Below are positions 9,416 through 17,138 of a stretch of DNA of 28,383 nt, in pieces. Below the pieces are notes generated by a model. That model saw nothing but the letters and a program-made list of their open reading frames with translations. It made no database searches and had not been told where the DNA came from. Location: contig CAVQGX010000059.1 of assembly GCA_963712115.1 (NCBI GenBank), positions 1 through 28,383 of the forward strand, given 5' to 3'. This DNA comes from an uncultured delta proteobacterium. Its GTDB lineage: Bacteria > Desulfobacterota > Syntrophobacteria > BM002. How positions within the stretch are numbered: position 1 is the first letter of the stretch; each line of letters begins with the position of its first letter. The translations under genes were made by a program, and so were the position numbers.

Positions 9416-10509
9416 GTTTCAACCTCCCGCCGATCAGGGCGAATTATGGCAGTGTCTAAATGCATTGGCTGAAAGTCTTGGCTTTTATCCCGATCGGGAA
9501 TTGCCGCATCCAGACCACACATTTCCGATGAGATGGCGTAAAGACCTGGTTTACCCCCCACCACACCCGGCCGCAGTTTCTTCCGGTCCTGAACAATAAA
9601 TAAAGTTTTGTCCGGCAGGCATCCCATCACACAGTTGGGCCCATCTATGATCATTCTTCTGCAAGTGTGCTTTAACTGCTTGAGGAAAGCTGCATTGGGA
9701 TGGTTTTCCAAATCCTGATCCTGAAGGGGGGTTATTAAATGCTTGTACATCTCGATTCCCAGTCCCAACCTGTAGTGGAGAAAGTGGAGGATGTGGGTGA
9801 AGACTTCCGAATCTGATTGATAGCCCATGTAACCTGGGAATCCCCGCGAGGTAAGAAACTCCCTAATTGGGATAAAGGCGGTGTTTTCGCCGTTGGTCAT
9901 GGTGGCAATCCCTTGGATAAAGAAAGGGTGGCAGGCATAGAGATTTATGGCGTAGTTGGTATTCTGCCGTCCCTGGGCCAGCATGACCCTGGCCTGGAGT
10001 TCTTTGCGATCGAGTTGTAGATATTCAGCCACGGTCATGGGATCGCCAATTTCCTTGATCATGATCACGTCGGGCCAAAAGCTGTAAACAATCATGTCCT
10101 CAGCTTCTTCTCCCATGCGCCGAAGTTGAAGGCGGATCATCAGCAACCGATGCTTTATTTCAGCATCGCTCAGCCCTTCCCAGTCCTCGGGTAACTCATA
10201 AGCCCGGACGAGATAGATGTCCCGTTTGGGAACTCCGTAAGGTGGCCTCTTGGGAATCTTGATGGAGATCTTGTACTTGGTCATGAAACCAACATCCATC
10301 ATGAACCGATCCAGCTTCTTCAAGCCTTCATTGCTGAAGATGCCAGAGAGGATGGGAGCACCATCCAACTCTTCAAAGGGCCCTCCAAGATCAGAAAAAA
10401 AGAGGCCCACCCCGGAACCATCATGCCCCTCCCTCATCACATCCAGTGCTTGGATGGCCATCATGGGAGACTGGGGTTCATCGCTAGTGATTGCAAATAA
10501 ACGGCACAT
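9379..10509 (-). CDS. Glutamate synthase class II glutamine amidotransferase subunit (GltB1-type)
   Basis: N-terminal nucleophile Cys (MCRL), DGSG, QGRQNTN, CHPF, NGEN, SDSE, DGP, DRKKLRP; SD GGGAGG upstream; overlaps the next gene by 37 nt. Confidence 0.92.
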   Translation of the reverse strand: MCRLFAITSDEPQSPMMAIQALDVMREGHDGSGVGLFFSDLGGPFEELDGAPILSGIFSNEGLKKLDRFMMDVGFMTKYKISIKIPKRPPYGVPKRDIYLVRAYELPEDWEGLSDAEIKHRLLMIRLQLRRMGEEAEDMIVYSFWPDVIMIKEIGDPMTVAEYLQLDRKELQARVMLAQGRQNTNYAINLYACHPFFIQGIATMTNGENTAFIPIREFLTSRGFPGYMGYQSDSEVFTHILHFLHYRLGLGIEMYKHLITPLQDQDLENHPNAAFLKQLKHTCRRMIIDGPNCVMGCLPDKTLFIVQDRKKLRPGVVGGKPGLYAISSEMCGLDAAIPDRDKSQDFQPMHLDTAIIRPDRREVETCRQTELLPLQH

Positions 10510-10550
10510 GTTTTTTGTTCCTCCCTATAAATGAATAAATCCGAAACCAA

Positions 10551-10658
10551 TTTAGGAATTCAGGAATTAGGGAATTCAGGGATTGGACTGCTCTGCACAT
10601 GGAGCCTCATTGACCTTTTAGTAATTCCTCAATTCCTTAATACCTCAATCCCTAAATC
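10551..10658. repeat. Inverted octamer arrays in the glutamate synthase leader
   Basis: TTTAGGAATTCAGGAATTAGGGAATTCAGGGATT facing AATTCCTCAATTCCTTAATACCTCAATCCCTAAA; 8-nt period, complementary arms. Confidence 0.8.
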
Positions 10659-10860
10659 ATTGCCCTTGTAATAAAACGTTCGCTCTGATGAAACTCATGG
10701 GTCATCACAGCTTCAGACTATGTCTAGTTAATATCTGGGAACTGATTGAGGCAGGAACTTCCTTGGTCCGCTTCTATGATCTGGCCTGGATTGAGGTTCA
10801 GAATCTCGCCGTTGAAACTCGGGCCGTCATCCGATCTGTCTTCGTTGACAAGTTGTGGGT

Positions 10861-10890
10861 ACTATATCAGAAATAGTTCACCAATTTCAA
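10861..10890 (-). promoter_or_regulatory. Putative sigma70 promoter of the glutamate synthase operon
   Basis: Minus strand TTGAAA-N18-TATAGT with an extended -10 (TGn). Confidence 0.5.
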
Positions 10891-10950
10891 CAAAAAAGAT
10901 GTAATATATATTTCAAAAAGTAAATTTACTTGGAGGATATGTTTCACTAA

Positions 10951-11111
10951 GCTCACTCCGTTCGCAGCATAGAGCATAGAGCATGGAGCATAGGGTATGG
11001 ATTTAGGAGCAAGGAGTCAGAATCCAGAATTAAGGAGTTAGATTGTTGGGGATTTTGGATTTAAAATTCTGCAATTCGAAATTTTCGGCCTTGGCCTTGC
11101 GCCCTGAGCCC
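10951..11111. repeat. Composite heptamer-arm intergenic element
   Basis: (GCATRGA)x4, GAGTCAGAATCCAGAATT, GATTTT/AATT arrays and a GCCTTG-type arm; begins with GCTCACT..GTTCGC, as at 1384. Confidence 0.7.
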
Positions 11112-11126
11112 TATAACTGACAGTGC

Positions 11127-11155
11127 TTGACGGAGTCATCTAAATCCAGTAGGTT
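11127..11155 (+). promoter_or_regulatory. Putative sigma70 promoter of the XRE-cupin regulator
   Basis: TTGACG-N17-TAGGTT ending 45 nt before the ATG. Confidence 0.5.
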
Positions 11156-11200
11156 CGATGGAATCTCAGTCTTAGGACCTGTTAAACAAAGGAAAGACCG

Positions 11201-12505
11201 ATGGTGTCAAAATCACTGGAAACACAGCGTGTGGCCTCGGGTGTGAGCCAGTTAGATCGGCTTTTGGGGGGCCTTTACATCGGCGACAACGTGGTTTGGC
11301 ATGATGATGCCGGTAGCCTTGCCTCCGTTTTTTGTCTCAATTTTATTCAGGCATCGCAGGCCCAAAACAAGCCCCTAATCTATGTGACCTTTGACCGCTC
11401 ACCTAAGAATCTCTTAGACAAGCTAGGACCTTTAGGTGAAAATCCCAATCTTACCATCTTGGATTGTTTTACCTACGGTAAGGGTGCCGGTTCTCCGATT
11501 TTCCTCAAATTTTATGAGGAAGTCGAGTCCGAATGCCAGATCATACAAGTAGAAGAGCCGCGCGATATGGAACACTTCATGGACACCCTCTATGGTGTTC
11601 ATGCCACAATGGAAGGAGACGTTCGCTTTGTCTTCGAAAGTATAACTGGCATGCAAGAGCTCTGGGGTGGAGAAGAACATATAGTTAATTTCTACTCCCA
11701 TTCCTGTCCGAGACTCTACGAACTGAATACCATTGCTTACTGGATATTAGAGAAGAGTGCCCATTCGCCTCGACTGAGAGCCCAGATCAATCAGATTGCT
11801 CAGGTGGCAATAGATCTGGCAATCAAAAGAGGGACTACATCACTGACCATTTTGAAAGCTGAGAAGCGAAGCCTGGAAAATCAGCACAAGCCGCACAATT
11901 ATTGGACCAAAGATCTGACTGTAACTTTTGATGATGAAAGGCGCACCTCGCGCCGTGTTGATTTTGGCTTGCGTCTCAAGGAGCTTCGCAGCAAAAGAGG
12001 GTTGTCGCAGACCGAGCTCGCCAAGCTAGTTGGAGTCACACCCAGTACTATTTCCCAGGTTGAGAGCAACTTGATTTACCCTTCTTTGCCGGCTCTTATG
12101 AAAATGGCGGAAGTGCTCTCTGTGGAAATAAGCTCTTTTTTTCAAGAACAAGCGGAACCTAAGAAGCGTCTTATCTTTACTGCAGCCGAAGCAGTGGAAG
12201 TAAAGTTCCCCGATCTGCCTGAAGGGGCAGTCCTGGCAAGACTGTTGTTACCGGTTGATTTTGATCCCAAGGCCGAACCTTATTTAATTGAGATTTCGCC
12301 CAAGGAAAAGCTTCCTTCTCATTTTTTCATTCACAAAGGTGAAGAGTTGGGATACCTGCTCTCTGGCAGATTGCAGGTGAAATTAGAAAAGTCGGCTTAC
12401 AGCCTTCGTGCGGGGGATGTAATCTACCTCACCTCGGAAATGCCTACCCAGTGGGAGAATCCCGGCCCAGGTGTGGCCAAGCTTCTTTGGATCAAGGTGA
12501 AATGA
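11201..12505 (+). CDS. Transcriptional regulator: KaiC/RecA-like domain with degenerate Walker A + XRE HTH + cupin
   Basis: SGVSQLDRLLGGL..G start typical of KaiC/RadA; YVTFD, ILDCF, RFVFESIT; HTH RLKELRSKRGLSQTELAKLVGVTPSTISQVE...PSL; cupin HKGEELGYLLSG...GDVIY...WENPG. Confidence 0.88.
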   Translation: MVSKSLETQRVASGVSQLDRLLGGLYIGDNVVWHDDAGSLASVFCLNFIQASQAQNKPLIYVTFDRSPKNLLDKLGPLGENPNLTILDCFTYGKGAGSPIFLKFYEEVESECQIIQVEEPRDMEHFMDTLYGVHATMEGDVRFVFESITGMQELWGGEEHIVNFYSHSCPRLYELNTIAYWILEKSAHSPRLRAQINQIAQVAIDLAIKRGTTSLTILKAEKRSLENQHKPHNYWTKDLTVTFDDERRTSRRVDFGLRLKELRSKRGLSQTELAKLVGVTPSTISQVESNLIYPSLPALMKMAEVLSVEISSFFQEQAEPKKRLIFTAAEAVEVKFPDLPEGAVLARLLLPVDFDPKAEPYLIEISPKEKLPSHFFIHKGEELGYLLSGRLQVKLEKSAYSLRAGDVIYLTSEMPTQWENPGPGVAKLLWIKVK

Positions 12506-12507
12506 GG

Positions 12508-12860
12508 CAAAGGGCATAGAGCATAGGGCATAGAGAAATACAGCTGGCAGAAAAAGCTATCTAACCGCAGAGTACGCAGAGGTCGCAGAGAAGATCTAAT
12601 TCAGAACCACGAAGGGCACGAAGATCACGAAGAAAACAATCGCTTAAAGGCAACCCGCGGAGCGGGTTGTCCCGATGGATCCCATCGGGACAAATGGGGA
12701 AGCTCTTGAGCGATCCTTAAATTTTATGATTTCTTGTCCTTTTTCGTGTACTTCGTACTTTCGTGTTTTCGTGGTTGAATTTTTTATCCGTGAAATCCGT
12801 GTGTCCCGCTTCGGCGGGACCCGTGCCTAAAAAATAATCTCTTTGTGACCTTTGTGTGGT
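12508..12860. repeat. Nested palindromic element, family C copy 1, between convergent genes
   Basis: GCATAGR, CGCAGAG and CACGAAG arrays on the left and TTCGTG arrays on the right; core stem ATCGCTTAA/TTGAGCGAT enclosing hairpins CAACCCGC-GGA-GCGGGTTG and TCCCGATG-GATCC-CATCGGGA; also GTCCCGC-TTCG-GCGGGAC. Confidence 0.85.
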
Positions 12861-12870
12861 GAGAGAGTCG

Positions 12871-13743
12871 CTACTTGGTTTTCCTGTCCCTGGGATTAGT
12901 TGAGTAAACCCCTTTTTCCTCCCAGAGAGCCTCTCGCTGGCGCAAAATACGTAGAGTCTTCCCAGGGTCCTGGATGCTCATTGCCGTGAGCAATGCGTTA
13001 ATCAGGCTGGTAGCAGCTGTAAATGATTCTATGAATGAGTCCAGCTGACAGCTTGCTGTTAGCACCCAGTGGGCGTAACTGGCTAAAGGCGAGAGGGGGG
13101 AATCGGTTATCGCTCCCACCCTAGCCCTTTTATTTCGTGAATGTTGGAGAACCTCCAAGGTAATCTGCGTATATCGGGGAAAGCTGATACCCACAACTAG
13201 GTCGGATCTTCCCAACCCCTGCAATATATCCCACATCTCTCCGTGGCCCGGTACGAGAAGTTGAGCCTGTTTGCCCAGAAAACGGAGATATGTTGCCAAT
13301 GTCAGAGCAGGCGCATGAGCTCCACGAAGTCCCACCACAAAAATCCTCTCGGCTGACTGCAGGTCCGCCACCGCTCGTTCGAAGATATCAAGTGAGAGAT
13401 TCCTCAGGGTCTGAGACAGGTTGTGAATGTCCTCTTGGAGGACCTTTACAACCACGTCGCCCGTCTGCCGCACGTGGTCAACAGTATGTTCCAGGCGGGT
13501 CACAGTGGAAAGGCGATCTTGTAAGCCCTGGCGGAACTTTCTCTGCATGCCCGGATACCCATCAAAACCCAGGGCTTGAGCCAATCGCACCACAGTGGCT
13601 TCGCTCACACCCACGTTTTGAGCGAGCTGCGAGGCCGTGAGGAAGATGGCCTCCTCGTAGTGTTCTATGATGTAGTGCATGATCCGCCGTTGGGCTGGAG
13701 TGAGACGAACTTTATTATCTACTAGGAGTTCTTGGAATGGCAT
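12871..13743 (-). CDS. MurR/RpiR-family transcriptional regulator (HTH + SIS)
   Basis: LTPAQRRIMHYI...TASQLAQNVGVSEATVVRLAQALGFDGYP; SIS domain IFVVGLRG...ISFPRYT...AITDSPLSPL. Confidence 0.95.
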   Translation of the reverse strand: MPFQELLVDNKVRLTPAQRRIMHYIIEHYEEAIFLTASQLAQNVGVSEATVVRLAQALGFDGYPGMQRKFRQGLQDRLSTVTRLEHTVDHVRQTGDVVVKVLQEDIHNLSQTLRNLSLDIFERAVADLQSAERIFVVGLRGAHAPALTLATYLRFLGKQAQLLVPGHGEMWDILQGLGRSDLVVGISFPRYTQITLEVLQHSRNKRARVGAITDSPLSPLASYAHWVLTASCQLDSFIESFTAATSLINALLTAMSIQDPGKTLRILRQREALWEEKGVYSTNPRDRKTK

Positions 13744-13759
13744 GAAGAAAATCCTTCAT
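13742..13759. promoter_or_regulatory. Palindrome over the RpiR SD and start codon; candidate operator
   Basis: ATGAAG-AAAATC-CTTCAT. Confidence 0.45.
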
Positions 13760-13821
13760 TAAAAAAATATCTTGCATTTCTACTTAACAATTTACTAGTA
13801 TTCAAGTCAAACTAAAAATAA

Positions 13822-14062
13822 ATCCAGGAGATAGAATCCAGAAGTCAGAATCCAGTAGGCAAAGAGCATAGAGAAATACAGCTGGCAGCTGACAGCTTGC
13901 AGCAGGCAGCAAGAGGAAAGCTCAAAGGGGAAGTCGTAAAAACCGTATAAGTCGTAGAAGTCGATAGATCAGCTCCTGATCCCTGACCCCCGACCCCTGG
14001 TCCCTTGCCCTGAACCTTGCGCCTTGAGCCCTGCGCCTGCTGTATACTGACTACTGGATTCT
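13822..14062. repeat. Composite heptamer/nonamer-arm element upstream of the GS-like gene
   Basis: AGAATCCAG...TCAGAATCCAGTAG at the left end and CTGACTACTGGATTCT at the right; internal GCAGCTG, AAGTCGTA, CCCTGAC and GCCTTG arrays. Confidence 0.75.
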
Positions 14063-14114
14063 TTGTGGTTCATCTAGGATAGGATCTTTATAGCGAAAGG
14101 AGTTTGTTGTCGCA

Positions 14115-15425
14115 ATGGCGAGTCTGAAACAAATAAAAGAAAAACTCAAAGGTTTGGATTCTACTAAGATTTTCTTTACCGATCTCAACGGTAGAAACCG
14201 GAGCTTGCCGGTGAATCCAGCAAACATGGACTCCATAATCAAGAAAGGGATCGGTTTCGATGGCAGCTCCATTGCCGGGATTGCCACAGTTGCTGACAGT
14301 GACCGACTGCTTGTCCCCCTTCAGGAAAGCTTCCGAGTGGTTGAATTTAAAGACGAGAAACTTGGTTTTTTCATAGGTAAGATTCAAAATGCTCAGGGAG
14401 AAAGATCAAAATCTGATCCCCGGGCCGTACTGGAGAATATTGTAGCCCAGGCTGAATCAGAGTTCGGCTGCAGATTCCTTCTGGGTCCAGAACACGAGTT
14501 TTTCTTGCTAACCTCTGACTGTTTCGGTGAGAATATTCACTCTGACAGCGCCGGCTATTTTCATTGCGACCCCCACGACAAGGGAGAGGTGGTAAGGAAG
14601 AGGATTGTTGAAGTTTTGGACAAGTGCGGCATCAAGTTCGAGAAAGCACACCATGAGGTTACTGCCTCACAGCATGAGATAAACCTGGAGTGTCTGGATC
14701 CTTTGGGAGCTGCCGATAGAACCGTGCTCTTCAATTACGTAACTCAAAAAGTGGCAGCGGAAAACGGCCTGCACGCCACTTTCATGCCCAAGCCTTTTGA
14801 TGGACAAAACAGAAATGCCTTTCATATCCATCTTTCCATGATGGATAAGAGGGGGAAGAATTTGTTCTACCAGGCAAAGGCAAAGCATAATTTAAGTAAG
14901 ACCGCCCGCCAGTTCATGGGTGGTATCATTAAATATGCCAGGGAGACCTCCATTGTAATGGCATCTACTTTCAATTCCTATAAGGCCTACGTGGTCGAGA
15001 GGGAGGCTCCCGTGGTGCGTGGTTGGGGCCTGAAAAACAGAAGCTCCATGGTTAGAGTCCCTTACGCCAGCAGTACGGAGAGTACCAGAATAGAGCTGAG
15101 AAACCCTGATCCCACCGGTAATCCTTACCTGCAAATGGCAGTACTGATTGGTATGGGCCTTCACGGTATAAAAGAGAACCTTGACTGTGGCCAGCCAGAT
15201 ATGGGCAGCACATACAAAGCAAGAAGAAAATACCGCGTCTGGGACAAGAGATATCTTCCCAAGTCCATGTTCGAGGCTCTGGCGGAAGCGGAAAAGAGTA
15301 AATTTCTCAGAGAGTTACTGGGAGAGCGGGTATACAGCAATTACATGGCTATCAAGATAGCAGACTGGGAAGATCACAGAACCCATGTTACGCCGAGAGA
15401 GCACAGTAAGTATCTGAGTATGTGA
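14115..15425 (+). CDS. glnA: Glutamine synthetase type I family protein with an altered glutamate-binding site
   Basis: GFDGSSI, DPR, GPEHEFF, GYF, HHEV..SQHEI, FMPKP, HIHLS, EAP, NRS..VRVP, RIELRNPDP are present; NGSG is replaced by NRNA and SYKRL by SYKAY. The family is secure, the substrate is not. Confidence 0.88.
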   Translation: MASLKQIKEKLKGLDSTKIFFTDLNGRNRSLPVNPANMDSIIKKGIGFDGSSIAGIATVADSDRLLVPLQESFRVVEFKDEKLGFFIGKIQNAQGERSKSDPRAVLENIVAQAESEFGCRFLLGPEHEFFLLTSDCFGENIHSDSAGYFHCDPHDKGEVVRKRIVEVLDKCGIKFEKAHHEVTASQHEINLECLDPLGAADRTVLFNYVTQKVAAENGLHATFMPKPFDGQNRNAFHIHLSMMDKRGKNLFYQAKAKHNLSKTARQFMGGIIKYARETSIVMASTFNSYKAYVVEREAPVVRGWGLKNRSSMVRVPYASSTESTRIELRNPDPTGNPYLQMAVLIGMGLHGIKENLDCGQPDMGSTYKARRKYRVWDKRYLPKSMFEALAEAEKSKFLRELLGERVYSNYMAIKIADWEDHRTHVTPREHSKYLSM

Positions 15426-15462
15426 TTTCACCGATGTGAGATGAATTATCGCATAGCGTTAA

Positions 15463-15569
15463 GGGCTCAAGGCGCAGGGCGACTTAGGTCATGAGGCTTC
15501 GCCGTCATTAGGTCACTACGCTACGCTGTCATTTATTGTAAGAGGTAGAGGGCCAGAAGATTGCGGATT
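15463..15569 (+). repeat. 107-bp dispersed repeat, family B copy 1
   Basis: About 100/107 identical to 19032-19138 by manual alignment; followed by a (CTCYATG)x4 arm ending at ~15612. Confidence 0.93.
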
Positions 15570-15634
15570 GCGAAAAAATTGAACTCTATGCTCCATGCTC
15601 TATGCTCTATGCTAAAACAAAGGAGAAACTCAGA

Positions 15635-16708
15635 ATGGAAGAGTGGATTGAACAATTACAGAACAGTGTAAACACACTGGAGAAACTCAAGGAATATATC
15701 AACGTTACCCCGCAGGAAGAGGAGGGTATTACCACTCTCAATACTCAGTGGGGTACGACGCCTTACTTTGCCTCTTTGATGATCCGCGATGATCCCAACT
15801 GTCCGATCAGAAAGCAGGTTGTCCCCTCAGTAAAGGAGAAAGAAAACCGCTACGGTATTCCAAACTATTTGATCTGGAAAGAAAATCGCGCCACAGATGA
15901 GATTAGACCGGACTCCATTGCCAGACAGTACTTTGACCGCATAGCCTTTACTGTCACTGACGTCTGTGCCAACTACTGCCGGCACTGTTTCCGCAAAGAA
16001 CTGGTTGTGGACCGAGATCTCAAGCTGAGAATGGACGTAGAAGAAGGTCTCGATTGGATCCGAGAACATGAAGAGATTCGCGACGTCCTCGTCACTGGTG
16101 GGGATCCTTTTATCCTCTCAGACGAAAGGATCGAATACCTCATCCGTAAGTTGCGTGAGATTCCCCATATCGAAATGATTCGTTTCGGTACCCGCACACC
16201 CATCGTGCTGCCCCACAGAATTACCCAAAGTCTGATGAAGGTGCTGAGTAAATACCACAGGGTTCCCTTGTGGGTGAACACCCAGTGCAATCATCCCAAT
16301 GAAATCACCGAAAAAACAGCCCAAGCAGTTTACGACCTTCTCTCTTGCGGGGTTAATGTGGGCAATCAGGCTGTGCTGCTAAAGGGAATCAATGACGACG
16401 TGGAGTCTTTCAGGAAGCTGCACCAAAAACTGCTCACTGTTCGGATTCGGCCTTATTATGTCTTTTATTGCGAACCGGCTCCGGGAATTGACCATTTCCG
16501 CACCCCAGTCGAGAAAGGAGCCGAACTCATTCGAGACGCCCTTCGAGGCCATACCACCGGCCTGGCCCAACCCATGTACGTCATAGCCACAAATATCGGC
16601 AAGATTCCTTTAATGCCTGACTATTACCTAGTGGATAAAAACGAGAAAGAGTACACCTTGAGGAATTACAAAGGTGAGATAACCACATTGCCGAATATTC
16701 CGGAGTGA
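15635..16708 (+). CDS. KamA-family radical-SAM/PLP 2,3-aminomutase, substrate uncertain
   Basis: CANYCRHCFR (CxxxCxxC), TGGDP, IRFGTRTP, NHP, NQAVLLKGIND, RPYY, HFRT, LRGHTTG and PLP-lysine GKIP. Start moved to ATG 15635 (SD AAGGAG 15620-15625); the ATG at 15602 lies in a heptamer repeat. Confidence 0.92.
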   Translation: MEEWIEQLQNSVNTLEKLKEYINVTPQEEEGITTLNTQWGTTPYFASLMIRDDPNCPIRKQVVPSVKEKENRYGIPNYLIWKENRATDEIRPDSIARQYFDRIAFTVTDVCANYCRHCFRKELVVDRDLKLRMDVEEGLDWIREHEEIRDVLVTGGDPFILSDERIEYLIRKLREIPHIEMIRFGTRTPIVLPHRITQSLMKVLSKYHRVPLWVNTQCNHPNEITEKTAQAVYDLLSCGVNVGNQAVLLKGINDDVESFRKLHQKLLTVRIRPYYVFYCEPAPGIDHFRTPVEKGAELIRDALRGHTTGLAQPMYVIATNIGKIPLMPDYYLVDKNEKEYTLRNYKGEITTLPNIPE

Positions 16709-16710
16709 TG

Positions 16711-17080
16711 AGGCATGGGGCATAGAGCATGGAGCAAGGGGACAGCGAGAAAGGCAGGAAATAATTAACCGCAGACGAACGCAGATGAACGCGGACGAGC
16801 GCAGACAGACCGTTTATTAACCACGAAGAACACGAAGGACACGAAGAGAAGATCGCTTAAAGGATGCATGAGAGAACCTAGAGCACAAAGATAAGCTAGC
16901 ATATTTTTGTGCTCTAGGTTCCCTCATTGGTCCCGATGATCCCATCGGGACCACCCGCGGTGCGGGTGATCTTTAAGCGATCCTTTCCTCGACTCAATCT
17001 TTTCTCACATCCTGTACATCTTGTTAATCCTGTCCAATCTCTATCTTTTCACCTGTTCGTGCTCTGCGCGACCTTAGCGG
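16711..17080. repeat. Nested palindromic element, family C copy 2, between convergent genes
   Basis: GCATRG, CGCAGA and CACGAAG arrays; perfect 12-bp stem GATCGCTTAAAG (16851-16862)/CTTTAAGCGATC (16971-16982) enclosing three hairpins. Confidence 0.85.
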
Positions 17081-17086
17081 ATAAAT

Positions 17087-17122
17087 AAAAAGAGGCCCAG
17101 CTGCGCTGGGCCTCTTTCTTTT
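17087..17122. terminator. Bidirectional intrinsic terminator
   Basis: AAAGAGGCCCAGC-TGC-GCTGGGCCTCTTT with A-rich and T-rich flanks, between convergent genes. Confidence 0.85.
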
Positions 17123-17138
17123 CTCTATTAGAACCCAA

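Noticed and set aside
4997-10534. Many + strand ORFs (e.g. 8633-9382, 7287-7631) opposite the glt genes
   Set aside because: Antisense to well-supported genes with no recognisable motifs; the same holds for 17286-17957, 18054-18674 and 24840-25523.
10655-10675. Possible ANTAR hairpin (AAGGGC) in the glt leader
   Set aside because: Flanking bases do not close a hexaloop, and there is no second hairpin or overlapping terminator.
15602-15634. Upstream aminomutase start (MLYAK...)
   Set aside because: This ATG comes from the CTCTATG array; the SD supports 15635.
15635-16708. Calling the aminomutase ablA/kamA (N-acetyl-beta-lysine) or epmB
   Set aside because: No ablB acetyltransferase, lysine-fermentation genes, efp or epmA nearby, and the lysine-binding aspartates are not conserved.
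12508-17080. CRISPR array interpretation of the intergenic repeats
   Set aside because: No constant 25-40 bp repeat separated by unique equal-length spacers, and no cas genes.
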